From Guillardia theta CCMP2712 (taxonomy: Eukaryota; Protista; Cryptophyta), in the NCBI RefSeq assembly GCF_000315625.1, contig NW_005434663.1:62001-126000 (forward strand): DNA of 64,000 nt, in the 5' to 3' direction. A model generated the notes under the pieces. It saw nothing but the letters and a program-made list of their open reading frames with translations, was not told the origin of the DNA and searched no databases. This document shows, piece after piece, positions 38,001 to 50,629 of this stretch. How positions within the stretch are numbered: the stretch's first letter is position 1; each line of letters starts with the position of its first letter. Made by a program: the position numbers and the translations under genes.

Positions 38001-39656
38001 GTAGTGTCAGGATATGCGCAGAATGTTGAATACTCTCGAGCTCCAAACATATCGGTCCACTACACCTTGGAACCTTCCAAGAGGAATGGTATCATTCTGC
38101 GCCTTGCAAGTGCCACTTCCGACAACGAGCAAAATTGCAGAATTCTTTCCTCCTCTGGCGTCTCCTACAACGGCGTCAGCTGTCGGGAAAGCATCTTGAA
38201 CATGGATCAAGTCATCTGCGCCTACGCGTATGATGACTCTCGCTACCAGAGCAAGAGATGGGTCGGCAAAAGAAACCCAAACTCTCACAACATCCTCAAG
38301 AACTTGAGAGATCACAGTGATGGTGATATGAGTACCCGGCACTGCTGGAGAGTGGTTCTTCAAGCCCCGCCTCGCTTTGTTACAACCTGGAGTACCTACA
38401 GCTCTTCGATTTCTCCCACTTGTGACCTCAGCGCTTATGCAAACACTCTGATAAGAGACTCTGAAGTAGGAAAGATGCTCAAGGCCTACAATTACACGAT
38501 CTTTGATCTCAAATGTGTGGGTGTCGGCGAAGATTTCTCGTTTGAGTTTGTCGCTCAAGATCCTAACAGACAGGACTTGGTGCAGATCTTCATCCTAGAT
38601 GATCCAGGAATGCCTCCTGGAATGAGAGCCAGCCAGACCTACTGCGTGATAAGATCTCCAGAGACCAACAACCCGATGTGCGGAGCTACTCGGATAGGAG
38701 AGGACCTCATTAGACTGGATCAGAACAAATCATCTCGATGTAGCAAGGCCATGTTGAGACTCGCGTGGTCTCCATTTCGAGAACAATTGAACAGAACGTT
38801 CTTTGTGTGTGCACGAGCACAAGATTCGTCAACAGCTTGTGTGGGCAAGAACCGCGACGCTACTAGTCGTGGATGGTATGGAGAGACTGCATGCGTTGAA
38901 CTGGCGGTCGTGCCTCCTGTTCTATCTTGGCAAGGATACATGGTGGCACAACCCGACCAGATCGATGTGTTTGTTGGCTGTACAGTCACGCTCAGTATCA
39001 GTGCTTCTGCAGGTCAACACTATGTTGCTGACATTGGGTTTGTGACCAAATCCAACATCAAGTTCTCATTCTCGAGACCTGTCATCTCGAATGCAATCAC
39101 CTCTCGAGTCTTCGTATGGAGACCATCAATAGGTACAGAAGGGAGCGTGCATACAGTGTCATTCTACACCAATGATTCCATTGGTATCCGTGAGCCGCTA
39201 TGGAAGAACTTGGTGTTTTCTGTACAGAAGTGTCAATATTGCATTGGAAACGATATCTTGACCATGACTCATGGGTTGGAGTACACTGACTTGAATTTCA
39301 TCGCACGATATTTCAACTTGGAAATCAACTGGCTGCATATTTGGCTGTTGAATGGGAATAGAGATGCAAAGGGCGATCAAATCTTCAACGGGAATCCTAA
39401 CTACTTTCAGTTCAAGAGAATTCCTCAAGTCACCTTGAACGACTTCATCAGCAATGTGAACAACTCATTGATCTTGTGGTTGGCATCCAGATACAAGTAT
39501 CGCGCTCATGAGTCTCTTGCCACCATCGCTACTTCTCTAGGATCATCTTTGAAGACGCTGCTGAAACTCAACCCCGATGTTCAAAACCCCTACATTCCTC
39601 TCAATAACCAATCGTCAGTGCATTCGCCTTACGTCTGCGTGTTACCCTGTACCTAA
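35078..39656 (+). CDS. Large secreted Cys-rich protein with repeated PPxF...AxD (cadherin/Ig-like) modules and C-terminal LysM-like domains
   Basis: ORFs 35078..36214 and 36747..39656 linked by short-intron exons; hydrophobic segment MLCSLLLSLSFLLPVQTQ; C-terminal YKYRAHESLATIATSLGSSLKTLLKLNPDV...VCVLPC (LysM-like). Confidence 0.7.
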
Positions 39657-39728
39657 TACAAGTTTATTCTTTCAAGCGTTTTTGATTAAAGCAATCATCT
39701 TGCTTCATGTCAACTTGAATGCAAATCT

Positions 39729-41146
39729 TCACGTAGATCCACTCGCGTGCGGCTTGAAGTGGCTGCTCTTGTGCGAGAGGCTTTGTAGATCTCTCTCAAG
39801 CGATAGCAACTGTGTGAGGAGGCTAGACTGCAGGAGGGGTCAAGAATGAAGCCGGAGAAAGCGACAAGTACCAGCGAGTGCGATACGTGCTGATTCCTTT
39901 CAATCGCTTGAGTGATGCGATTCCTCTCTCGGTCATACCGACGCTTGAGATCCGCTAGCATCTCCTGCATGACATGTCAGGAATTCGGATCTGACGACAC
40001 ATCTCAACCTGCTTGGCTCGATCTTCTTCTAATTTGAGACGCCTGTTTTCCTCTTCTTTCCGTTCCAGTGCCTCGCGATAGCTATCGTACAACCATGTCA
40101 TTCGATCGTCTTATGCCAAAAGCACAGACCCTCTCAGTTCCTCGCCATTCCTGTCGTTCTGCAGATCATGGTTCTTAAGGTTTGAACGTAGAATGACATT
40201 CTCAGTCTGGAGGCTTCATGAGCAAAATGTTCAACTCCAGGAAATCTAAGTGAATCACCTGGGAGCTGTTCAACACCGTTCTCATCCTGTCGTACTCTTC
40301 CTGCTTCAGAACCATCAAAGGAGCTTACATGTGCATCTCAAGGCACAGAGCAAATAGCCCATGCAAGGCTCCAACGCACCTGCTCCCTCGACGAGTACTG
40401 CATGGGCTTTCTCGCCATCATCTGTACAGGTCATCCATCACCTTTCTCACACAGGAGTGCACTGCACCACCTCGTTTGCCTGCTGTTGAGCCTGCAAGTT
40501 AGAGCTGTGCATCGGTTGATTGGACTGCATGTGGTGCTGAGCTTCTCGTGAGATGGAGGACATCATGGGCATTGAAGCATGTTTATCCAGGAAGTCTTGA
40601 GTGCCCCGGATCATGGAGGTCTCGTAGAACTCTCCTGTCGATCCTCGCTGGAAGCCCAGGGTGATCCATGTCCTGGCATTCAGAACACCATGAGAAGCCT
40701 TCTGATACAGATCAACGGAAATACCCTTGTTCGCCCAAGATCAGTTCCCTGAGCTGCGATAGCGGCTGGTTCTGTACATTTGTATTCCCGACCTGAACGA
40801 TCACATCTCCAGGCTTGATCTGTCATGTGAAGCTCAAGCCAATTGCCTCATTAAATGACTCCTACCTGTCCATTTCTCCACGCCGATCCTCCTTGCACTA
40901 TCTCTTTCACCATGATCTTGGGTGGACTCTCGGGAGTCATCATAAACAACAAGCCCACCCCTGCCCTGTTGCCTGGAAGATACCATCATGTGAGACCTGG
41001 AAGAAACAAAACCTCTCCTTTCGCTTCATGCAATTGCTCTTATCAGACAATATCAGAACTTTAACAATCGCTTGCCCACAGAAACTTGGTCCTGGATTAT
41101 TACTGCTTCTCTAATACTTGACTGACTGAAAAGCGAATTTATCCAT
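39729..41146 (-). CDS. PDZ domain + coiled-coil protein (start approximate)
   Basis: Spliced GQGVGLLFMMTPESPPKIMVKEIVQGGSAWRNGQ|IKPGDVIVQVGNTNVQNQPLSQLRELILGEQG|TWITLGFQRG, then heptad-rich exons (LKRRYDRERNRITQAIE). Confidence 0.8.
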
Positions 41147-42156
41147 TGCTTTGTTTGAGCAATTTCTCATTGATTCTTTGATTTGCTTTCAGAATTTCTC
41201 TCATATCCTCGATCCGACTACAATACATCGCCTCTACAACCAAAAAGGTGCTACCTTGCAGAGGAGAAAACGTTGATGATTCATTTCAAGGATCGATCAA
41301 GAGTATCTAAACTGGTGTGAAGTCTCTTGTTGCTTCTCCTCTCCTCTTACTTGCCGAACTTCTTCGGCATGTCAACAGGCTTCACTCACCCATCGTTGTG
41401 GTCTCCTGGCTCCTTCGCATTCCCATAGGCTGGTACATTTCTACTGACGACCTTCCCGGCGAGTCCGGTGGGCTACCCCACCCTCTTCTGAGTCGAAAGT
41501 CAATAAGGTACCCCCCTTGACTCCCAACCTTTTCCCGATAAACTACCCGGTACATTACTAGTTACTAACCCTACCCGGCCTGAGTATGCTGCATCCTCTG
41601 CCCTGATGAATCATCTGAGCCGGCCTACCCCCTTCAAGGCCCCGGCCCTAGCTCCGCACACGGGGGTCCTCACACCTACCCCTACCCTCTCCTATCTCTA
41701 CAAAAGTACCCCTCTATACCTATCTCGAACTCCCGGCCCGATTCCGCCGGGGGGACTGTCACAGTGACAGGCCGCCGGGGCCCGGCTGATCATCTAGTAG
41801 TGCCCGCGCCCGGCGGCCGCGCGGCTCAGGAAGTTCAATCATCCGGCGGCCCTAACTGACCGTCAGTCTCGGACTCGGATCGGATCCTAAGTACAGCGCC
41901 GGCCGGCGGCCTGACTTCAGTTTACTCAACCCGGCGTTACTCAAAGTTAAGTTAAAAAATCAGTTCGAGGATTTGATTTGTAGTTCTTCTCCCAATTTTC
42001 AAATTTTTAGATCAAACTTCAGACCTAGATCAGCCAGGAACGGTGAAATTGTAAAACTTGACCTGTAATTTAGACTTTCAATTTCAACTTAGCACCGAAC
42101 ATTTCAACCTGTATTTCAGAGACATCTGCTGAGAGATACCAAACCCAAACATCGCC

Positions 42157-43185
42157 ATGTATGACATTACCTACCATGTTCATGAACAGAGAGCTGACAG
42201 TGACGAGCTCGATCCCTCCTTCTTCCATGAGATCGAAGAAAGGTTTAAGTCTGGCGATGATTCTCAAAAGCTGCTCTCCTCTCCACCTCCCGAGCAGCAC
42301 ACTGAGTTCAGCCCAGATGATGATGGCACAACATTTTTGGATTCAGTCATGCCAAATACTTCTAACATCGGAAGGAGGGACTTCGAATCCATGACCCACG
42401 AGTGTTCAGGCAATGTTTTGAAGACTGTGCTGCATGACATCACTTTCGAAGACGAGGATCAGATTTTGGAGCAGAAAAGCGACCCATCTTTGGATGCTCT
42501 GAAATTCATTCAAAATGCTCGAGAAGATTCGAAGAAAGGAGATGATGGCGCTGAAAGGGGAGGAGAAGAGAAACATGTCAATGCTCAGAGTGATTCTATT
42601 CTCATCACAAGCTTGCAAGGATACAGCCTTGTTGCACCAAGGGGAAAGTGCCTGGGACATTGCTTCGTAGAAGAAGCGTGTCGGAGAGGAGCAACTGTAT
42701 CGTTGAAGCCGATAGAATCTGAGAAATCCGTCATAGAGACGTTGCAAAAAGAAAGGAGAGTGATCTACTCACTCAACGAGAGATTTTTTGTTTTGACGAT
42801 GATCAGAATTCCAATCCCGATCTCGGATTCCAAGACTCAGATAAGAGATCAAGACATCTGTCGGACTCTGGAACAAATCTCTCTCAGTGTGAAGGAGAAA
42901 GCTCGAGAAAATGGTAAAACCAAGAGACCACACAATATGTTGCGTACAAGCTACAGCAACGAATGGTCTGGCATGTTGCTGTTCCTTGGTATGACGACCA
43001 AGTACTTCAGTGAAGTACAGACGAAGAATGGCCCAACTATTGAGAACAATTACACACTGAAGAGCTTGGACGAAGAAGGGAATCTTGTCCTCGAAGACAG
43101 TGCAGCGGCAAGAGAGAAGTATCAGAATCAGACTTTGGAAAAGGCTAAAAATCGTTCCAAGAGGAAGCGAGATGCCAAGAAATGA
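42157..43185 (+). CDS. Intronless hypothetical protein, 342 aa, acidic N-terminus and basic NLS-like C-terminus
   Basis: Long uninterrupted ATG-started ORF; ends KAKNRSKRKRDAKK; no recognisable domain. Confidence 0.7.
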   Translation: MYDITYHVHEQRADSDELDPSFFHEIEERFKSGDDSQKLLSSPPPEQHTEFSPDDDGTTFLDSVMPNTSNIGRRDFESMTHECSGNVLKTVLHDITFEDEDQILEQKSDPSLDALKFIQNAREDSKKGDDGAERGGEEKHVNAQSDSILITSLQGYSLVAPRGKCLGHCFVEEACRRGATVSLKPIESEKSVIETLQKERRVIYSLNERFFVLTMIRIPIPISDSKTQIRDQDICRTLEQISLSVKEKARENGKTKRPHNMLRTSYSNEWSGMLLFLGMTTKYFSEVQTKNGPTIENNYTLKSLDEEGNLVLEDSAAAREKYQNQTLEKAKNRSKRKRDAKK

Positions 43186-45455
43186 AGATTATTGCCAGCA
43201 GGCAAAAGAAGCACTTAACCTCGGACACTTGCAGCTGAAGCATATTGGACACGATTTACTTAAACAAAACGATTGTTTACACATTTTACTACTTCAGACG
43301 GCTTCTCCGAGTGGAGACACAATCGAATTTCTTATTTGAATTAGTTTTGGCTAACTGAGCTGTTTTTCAAAAACAACCAAAAAAAGCAAAACTGCTCGCG
43401 GCAATTTCACAAATCGATATTGGATAAACATCGGGTTGAAGTGATGATAGTAGATAGACACTCAAGCAATGTGGATATCACGAGAGAAATTCATGTCCAA
43501 TTCCTTTTGTTGTTTGTGAATCATTGTCAAAGTTTCCGTATCATGTGGAGATAAAATAAACAGGCACAAAATCCCTGACTGATGACGGAGAGGATGAGAT
43601 CAGAAGACGATGTGTGAAAACTTTACTGAGTGAGCGGAGAGGAAGAAGGGACTGAGAGTACTGTCAGTAAAGGCAGCGACCGTTACAACGTCACCGCCGT
43701 TGCAAACCGTTACTACGACGTTTAGGAACTTGACTAGCCTTGACTCCTTTATCATCCGATGTTGCGGGAGGCAGGGGGGTGGGTGCGGTTGTAGTAGGGG
43801 GTACGAATAGGTCACTTTAGGGGGTGGAAGGAGCAGATATGCCATGAGGGGTGGGTGGAGGCAGAATCAACTTTTCGAGAAAATGTAGGTTGCATGATAT
43901 GATAGAGGGGGGTGGATGGACCTAGGAGAGTACAGGGTAGGGGTGGTGAACAAATCCTAGAAAGGGTGGGTAAAATGCAGTAGCTTATCAGGGGTAGGGT
44001 ACTTTTGATGACTACAAGGGTGGGGTGTAGAAGTGAAAATTGATGGGGGTCGGGGTAGAGTTGGGCGACGAGACAGGAAATAGGGGACATGTGCTAGTAT
44101 GCAGGGAGAGCAAAGCAAATGAGAGCAGATCGAGAAGGAGAGAGAGAAGAACAACAGCTAAGATATCAACTAGAGCAGGTTGTGGGTGCAGAGTTGGATA
44201 AGAAGGTCTACACAGGAGACTGTCGAAGGAAAGAATGCCTGGAGGTGAGTTGGCCAGCAGTTCGGTGGGGCTCAAGTCAGTTGGTGCATGCTGGGAGGTT
44301 GGTCAAAGGGGTAGATAACGACAGGTTTCGTACATTTTGAGCTACTTTTTTGATACCCGCAATTCTTGTAACACTAATTTTAAAAGATTTCCTGGACATC
44401 AAAACGTTTTATGAACTCGACTTCAAGGTGATCTGTTTCATGTCGATTGTTTTGTTGATGTAGTTTGATTCTCTATTACCCTCTAGGGAGTTTTTGCGAA
44501 CCAAGGTGTTGGCACCCAAGCCTTCTAAGTTTTCAGTTTCTTGGCTGCCCCGTAATGCCAGAAGGCAATCTACTGCCTTGCCGCGCTATGAGCAGCTTAC
44601 GACCGATCCGGGTCTGGAAGCTGAACGATTGAGAAACCTCTTTGCTATCTCGGGTTACAGCTCGACCCTGACAGAGACGGGATTGTTCGACAGCACACCA
44701 ATCCAATCTCCTTACTCGCCAAAGTATTTCACATTTTCATTCAGATACTTCGTAATTCATCTTACTCAGGTACCGAAGGACCAATACAAGTGCTGGTGCA
44801 CCAGCCATGTACGAGAGCAAGATGATCAAAGTGATGAACTTTGACCAAATCAGACACGTTCTTACCACGTTGTTACAGCGATTACCGGAAATCAGTCATG
44901 CTAGTCAGTCTCAGATACAGAGAGCTTTCATCCGTGATGTACTGACGGTTTGATCACGTCATGAAGATGACCTTGTGGCATCCGCAGGCAATGAGGACCC
45001 TGCAGCTCCCTCTCTCTCCGACTGCATACACGGGTCGTCTGCCTGTGAGGTAAGGGTTGGCCCGTTGCGGTTCTGAGCTCACCCGCTCGGTCACGGCAGG
45101 CCTCCGACGCCGATGCAGCACATGGCGAACATGAACGTGAGGCTGCGTCATCATAGAGTCTAAGAAGGAGAGGTTGACGAGCATTCAGGTGTCTATCGGA
45201 CCTCACCAGGACATAATGCCTGTTGCAAATCGCCGATTCAGGTGAGGCAAAACGATCCCATGTAAGAGATGACCTTGTCACAACGTAGCAACATCCACGA
45301 GCGAGGATCTAACGACGTCATGCGGTGCATGCAAACTCTTCGAGTACACTAGAAGGAAAACAGGGGCGGTCGGCTTGATCTCTAGAAGGCTCCATTGAAT
45401 TTAGTCAGAAGAATTCTGTGGCAGCTTTTTTTTTTGTTTCAACAGAAACTCTTGA

Positions 45456-47400
45456 CTATAGCACGTATCTTATGAAATCTTGATGATTGAGGCTCCTTGG
45501 AGTTGACGGCCAAGCATAGCTTTGCTCTCCTCCACCTCCACCGAAATCCAGTCGCTGACCCTCTACTCCAGCTTCTTGGAGCCTCGGGGTGCTCAGGTAG
45601 GTGGAGCGAGGAGTGTCAAGGACGCTGCTGAAGCCGCTGCGGGGGGTGTCAGGAGGAAGGTAGATGATATGCCCGTCTAGATCTTCCATTCCCCCTTTCT
45701 GAAGCAGCCGCTTGTCATGGTCCTTCTCAAGTCTCCGACAATATTTCTGTTCTCAACGTGAGAAATTGTATCCTCGACCAGACACACCTTCAACTCTTGG
45801 ATCTGTTGCTCCAAGCGCTCGACTTGTCCTACTTTTACAGATTTCTTCAAACCGTGCACGACGGAGTCGAGGAGAACAGGGACAGCAAGATCGTTATCCT
45901 CCCTGCACCTCGTTACATCGCTGGCACTCAGTAGTGCAAACAGACCTTGTGAAGTCTCCTGAACTTTGGTACTTATGATCGAACAAATGTGGAGCTGATA
46001 ACTTGTGAGATAGTCACAGAGAAACATGCCATCTCACCAATGATCTCGGAGCTCTTTGCTGCTCGATACAGCTTGCCCTGTTCTTCTGCTCGTTGTCGCA
46101 TTTGATGCAGCGCCTGCAAGTCGCTTTCCTTCTTGTCCCAATACTCGGAAGCGCGCTTATACCTAAAGATACTTAGCTGGGCTAAAAGTTCACCATGCAC
46201 CAACCAAAAGCTCTCAATCTGAGCAAACAGCCTGAACTTCTTCTTGGAGGGTATGGACGGACAAGACACACTCCGCCTCATCGACGAAACTTTCATACTG
46301 GGAGGATCTCTCGGAGGATTCTTCAACGCAATGATTCTCCAACGCGTGACAAAGCGACGGAGTTGAGCATGATGTTGTAGATCAACCATGGGCTTCAACT
46401 CAAAAACAAGAATCCAAACTCGAAAAACACTCTCAAGCAGGCGAACATTGCGCGAACATAGTAAAGACTCTGCAACCTTTCGCCCTTGCTTCAGCCCAAA
46501 TAAAAGAGTGACCCAACTGCCTAAAACATCACGTTGCAGATTAACCCGTTTCTGCAACAGAAGATTGTCAACTTTATCCTGACAGCTTTTCAAACGCTCA
46601 ACCGTTAAAACCCAGGTCTGGAAAGCAGGGTCTACCCCCCGAGCCTTCCACCGCATCGCTATCTTGCTCATGACCGTAGCCTGTACCTTGCTCCTGTGTA
46701 CCTCCTCGTGCCAGCTCTCGTACGCCCTCGCTGCCGTCCTGTGTCGCCACCTCTCTACGATCCTCCCAACTATCGCCCGGCCTCTCGCTTGCTTCACCGC
46801 GTTGACATGCCAGGTCTGGAAAGCAGGGTCTACCCCCCGAGCCTTCCACCGCATCGCTATCTTGCTCATGACCGTAGCCTGTACCTTGCTCTTGTGTACC
46901 TCCTCGTGCCAGCTCTCGTACGCCCTCGCTGCCGTCCTGTGTCGCCACCTTGATAGAGTGTTCAATGCTTTTCGTATCCGTCTTGGGACTGGTTTGCTTT
47001 TGTCGTTTGTTCTCAGAGTACGTGTGAGTGTTTTCTTCTTTGCCATCTTTGCCCACAAACTAAGATAGTTTCTAAGTTTGAGCCAATTTTTCTTCTTTCG
47101 GTAATGATGTGCGTTCAGTGCACATCGTTTTCCTCTTGACCGGAGAAGGTTCCAGATGTTGTAGCACTTGTAGGTGATGCATGCCTGTCTGTGGAGCTGA
47201 GTTCGTCTTCGAAACCAGAGAGATCTTTCCTCTGGGTCATTGACCTTCTCCAGCTTCTCGTTGACATGGCGCAACCTGGTGTTCTCTTCCCGTAGTTTGA
47301 AGACCTCTCCGATCAGAGAGGACATGTCTGGGAACAAGAAGGGAGTCTCCTGCTCTGCATGCTCTTTCCCCTTCATTCCTCGCCTCTCGTTCTCCGACAT
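45456..47400 (-). CDS. Sfi1-like (centrin-binding, Trp-periodic) repeat protein with coiled coils
   Basis: 33-aa periodic RW.....AYESW / RW.....AFQTW units; ORFs 45973..47400, 45677..46027 and 45456..45689. Confidence 0.7.
46613..46950. repeat. Recent in-frame 198-bp (66 aa = 2x33) tandem duplication
   Basis: 46613-46752 matches 46811-46950 with about one mismatch. Confidence 0.95.
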
Positions 47401-47718
47401 CCTCTCTCAAGCGGCCATCTTCGCTCCTCTCCTTCCCCGAATCCCCTCCTTCCCACCCTTCATTTTGACTTTGTGAAATATTTCTCTTCACTTTCAAATG
47501 TCACAGATTGAATTTACTTTCTGAAAGCTGTTTTCACTGATATGCTCTGATATCGGTTACCCGAGTCGGAGTCCGGTAGCCGGGTGACTTTGACAAGTTT
47601 GACCAGCGGGCCCGCCCCGGACAATGCGAGGAATGCCTGGGCATCGCCATTCCGGGCACGGGGCAGCGATAATGCAGAGCAATATGGGCAGGGGAGAGCA
47701 CGCCAGCGGAGGGTTACG

Positions 47719-49264
47719 ATGAGCAAAGAGAAGAGGAGAGAGGGCGAGACTCGTTACAAACCCAAGGTATGCCTTCTGCTCTTCTGTTCTACCATGCACG
47801 TGCTCTTCTCACTCCATTCAGCATCCTTTTCTTGCTGGAGCTATCACTGGAGGCATCGAGATCTGCATTACCTATCCTCTCGAGTACGCCAAGTGCCAGC
47901 TGCAGTTGAAACCGGTTCGTCGCTTTCGTTTCATCCGCATTCACTCATGGATGTTCGTTTGAAGAAGACAAGCCAACAAGCTACAGAATCCCTTCTTAGT
48001 GTCCTTCGAATCACATTGAAGAGTAAAGGCGCCTTGGGACTGTGAGTCGCCACTTTGTTGGTATACTTTCATCTTGACCATGAAACTTGTAGGTATGATG
48101 GGATATCATCCTGGTTGTTCTTCTCCTTCCCAAGAGCAGCATTCAGATTCTCCACGTATACGATGTACTCTATTTGCGCTCTTGGCTCCAACTTTTTTGA
48201 AGGTATGAGTACGTTTTGCGGGTCTTTGAATCTTGTCGAGAAAGGCAAGGGGAGCAAGTAGCGAAGAGCAGCGATCGCACAGGAAGTGCGGTGTTTGTTG
48301 CAGGCATGTGCCTGTGTCGCCAATTTCCCTTATTGCTTGTTTAAGCTGTCGGTCAGGTATCGTCGCGGGACTGGTTGAGTCGAGCACTTGCATGACGCCG
48401 TAGGGCGTTGAAAAGTGAAGATTTTCGATGACTGGGACTGTTTAGGATGCACTGTATCCAAATCAAAATGCAACAAGACTCAATGCGACGGGGTCTGTCC
48501 CTTCCATTTCTCATCTTTGCTGATTGCCTTCAGATCCAATCTATCGCAACTTTTTCCACGCAACCAAGAGCATTGTGAAAGAAGAAGTATAGCGCTGGTT
48601 GCATGGCTTGAGGCGCACTGTGTCACCCTCTTCTTCTACAAGGGATTTCGTCACGGATTGTTTGCTGGAATGACTCCGACGGTTCTGAAGCAGTGCTTGA
48701 ACAGCTGTGAGGGGTTCACTCTTTGTCGAACAGCTGTGCTTGACCTGCGCGACAGTAATTCGATTTGGCTCCATGTACGAAATGACAAAATGGAGGAGGA
48801 ATCAGATCCAATCTCAGGACCCTGCCGTCCCTCTACCAACAAGGGATGTTTTCTTGCTTGGAGCCATCGCTGGTTTCTTTTCGTGTTCAACGAGTGAGGT
48901 TACTCATTCGCCTCCCAGGTGCACTATCAGCTGTTGTTTCTCATCCTATAGACACAGTCAAGAGCAACATGCAGGTTGTTCTTCATATGATTCAATGATC
49001 ATCTTGACGCGATGTAGGGAAACAAAGAGCACATAGCCAAGTTTAAGTATTCCACATGGGGATGCATGAAACATATCTATGCCACGGGCGGTTTGGTTGC
49101 GTTTTACTCAGGGCTGACACCACGGTATTCACTCTACTCCAATTCAAACAGACTCCCGAGCCTTGTGTAATGAGTATGGCAGGTTGATAAGAGTGACCAT
49201 CGAACAAGCCACGACATTTGCACTGTTCGATCGAATCTCTCGAGCACTAGATTTATCTTTCTGA
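47719..49264 (+). CDS. Mitochondrial carrier (SLC25), tricarboxylate/citrate-carrier-like
   Basis: HPFLAGAITGGIEICITYPLEYAKCQLQL, FPRAAFRFSTY, IVAGLVESSTCMTP, HPIDTVKSNMQ, AFYSGLTPRLIRV; PX[DE]XX[KR] signature motifs (PLEYAK, PIDTVK). Confidence 0.9.
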
Positions 49265-49352
49265 ACTTCGGAAACCGTTTGAACGTGTCCTTAGTGTGTT
49301 TAGCCGCAACTTACTAGTAGCCGAGTGAGTCATGGCCCCGGGCCCGGTGTCC

Positions 49353-50629
49353 TCGATGTGACGTCTGCGTGACTTTGGACTAGTACAAGTCTAACAAACT
49401 TGTATTCCGTCGGTTATGGGCCCCGATTACATGCTCAATCATGTTGATCTTATATTTGGTTAGTTGAATTGTTTACTGGAGTTTTTTCTTTCTTGGTATT
49501 GTTTTCCCGTTGCTGTTGACAATTCATGCAAATTCTATCAAGCTGTACACATTCGGATGACTCCTCTCTTCAATCAGGCTCTCTTTCTAGCCGCAAGTTG
49601 TTTAGGCCTATCTCAGCCTCAATTTGTTTGATTGATCTTCGAATAGGAAAAACAAGCCTTTCCCCAGCCAGATTGGTCGGTCGAATATCTGCTTAACCGT
49701 GTGGAAACGCACTTGAAGCTGATTCGATTCTTATTTTTCTTGATCTTTGAGTAGGATCAAATGGAACTACCAGGAGATCTGGCGGAAGTTTTCATGTCAT
49801 GGAGCTAGGCTGTGGCATGCATAACTGGAGCTACTTCTGGATCGGCGAACAAGGTACAACTGCACAACAATCTTCGAATGCCTTGAAACGGATGTTCCAT
49901 CTCGCGGCAGCAATCTCTGGTCACAAGTTCTTTACGGTTCAAAATTTATCTTTTGGTCTTCAAATGCCGGCGGGCACGCTCTCTCTCTCTCTCTCTCTGT
50001 TATCTGAACTCCGAAGTTCTCTCCTCAGACTCTCTTATCTTATCCTCCTTCTCTCGTCATTGCATCAGCTCGCCAGGCATCTCCCTTATCTCTGCACTGC
50101 CCATCTAATAGCCCTGCATGAAATTCTTCTTCAGAATGGACAATCCTTGAATGGTTATTGCCCACTCAGCATGACTGTGAACTTGACGTTGTATCATCGT
50201 ATCTTGACTTGGAACTCTGCTGACATTCTCTTCAAGCTTGTTTGTGTGACTTTCTGACGTCCGATGTAACGTACTATTTCAGAAACTCGGGGGGAGGATG
50301 GAACGTATGCCAGCCGTGCCAGTCAGATAGCGCCGAGTTAACAAAAACTCTCCTGTAAACCAAGACGACTTACGTGTTTGGCAAGGCGGACGATGTAGCG
50401 TGTGGGACGAAGAGGGGGGCTTTCCTAGCCGTCTTGCTAAGGTCCTCTCATGTCTGGATGCTTGGGTTTCACATCCCTGCATACAGTCTATCTCTCATGT
50501 GCTCCTCAACTCTGGTTTTGTGTACATTAAACTCGGTCTTGAGCAAAAACTGTCTTGTTACAACTAAGGTCGATGTGACGTCTGCGTGACTTTGGACTAG
50601 TACAAGTCTAACAAACTTGTATTCCGTCA
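49353..50629 (+). mobile_element. Degenerate/non-autonomous Ty1-copia-derived element flanked by 59-bp direct repeats
   Basis: Identical repeats at 49353-49411 and 50570-50628; GGTTATGGGCCC PBS at 49412-49423; RNase H-like remnant NSADILFKL (~50213-50239); polypurine tract GAAGAGGGGGG at 50409-50419. Confidence 0.7.

Noticed and set aside
41937-43630. DNA transposon enclosing the 342-aa ORF
   Set aside because: No convincing terminal inverted repeat, TSD or transposase motif found
44500-45400. Possible small minus-strand spliced gene
   Set aside because: No recognisable product and ambiguous frames
49760-50000. gag-like remnant inside the copia-derived element
   Set aside because: Similarity too weak to support by eye; frames are interrupted
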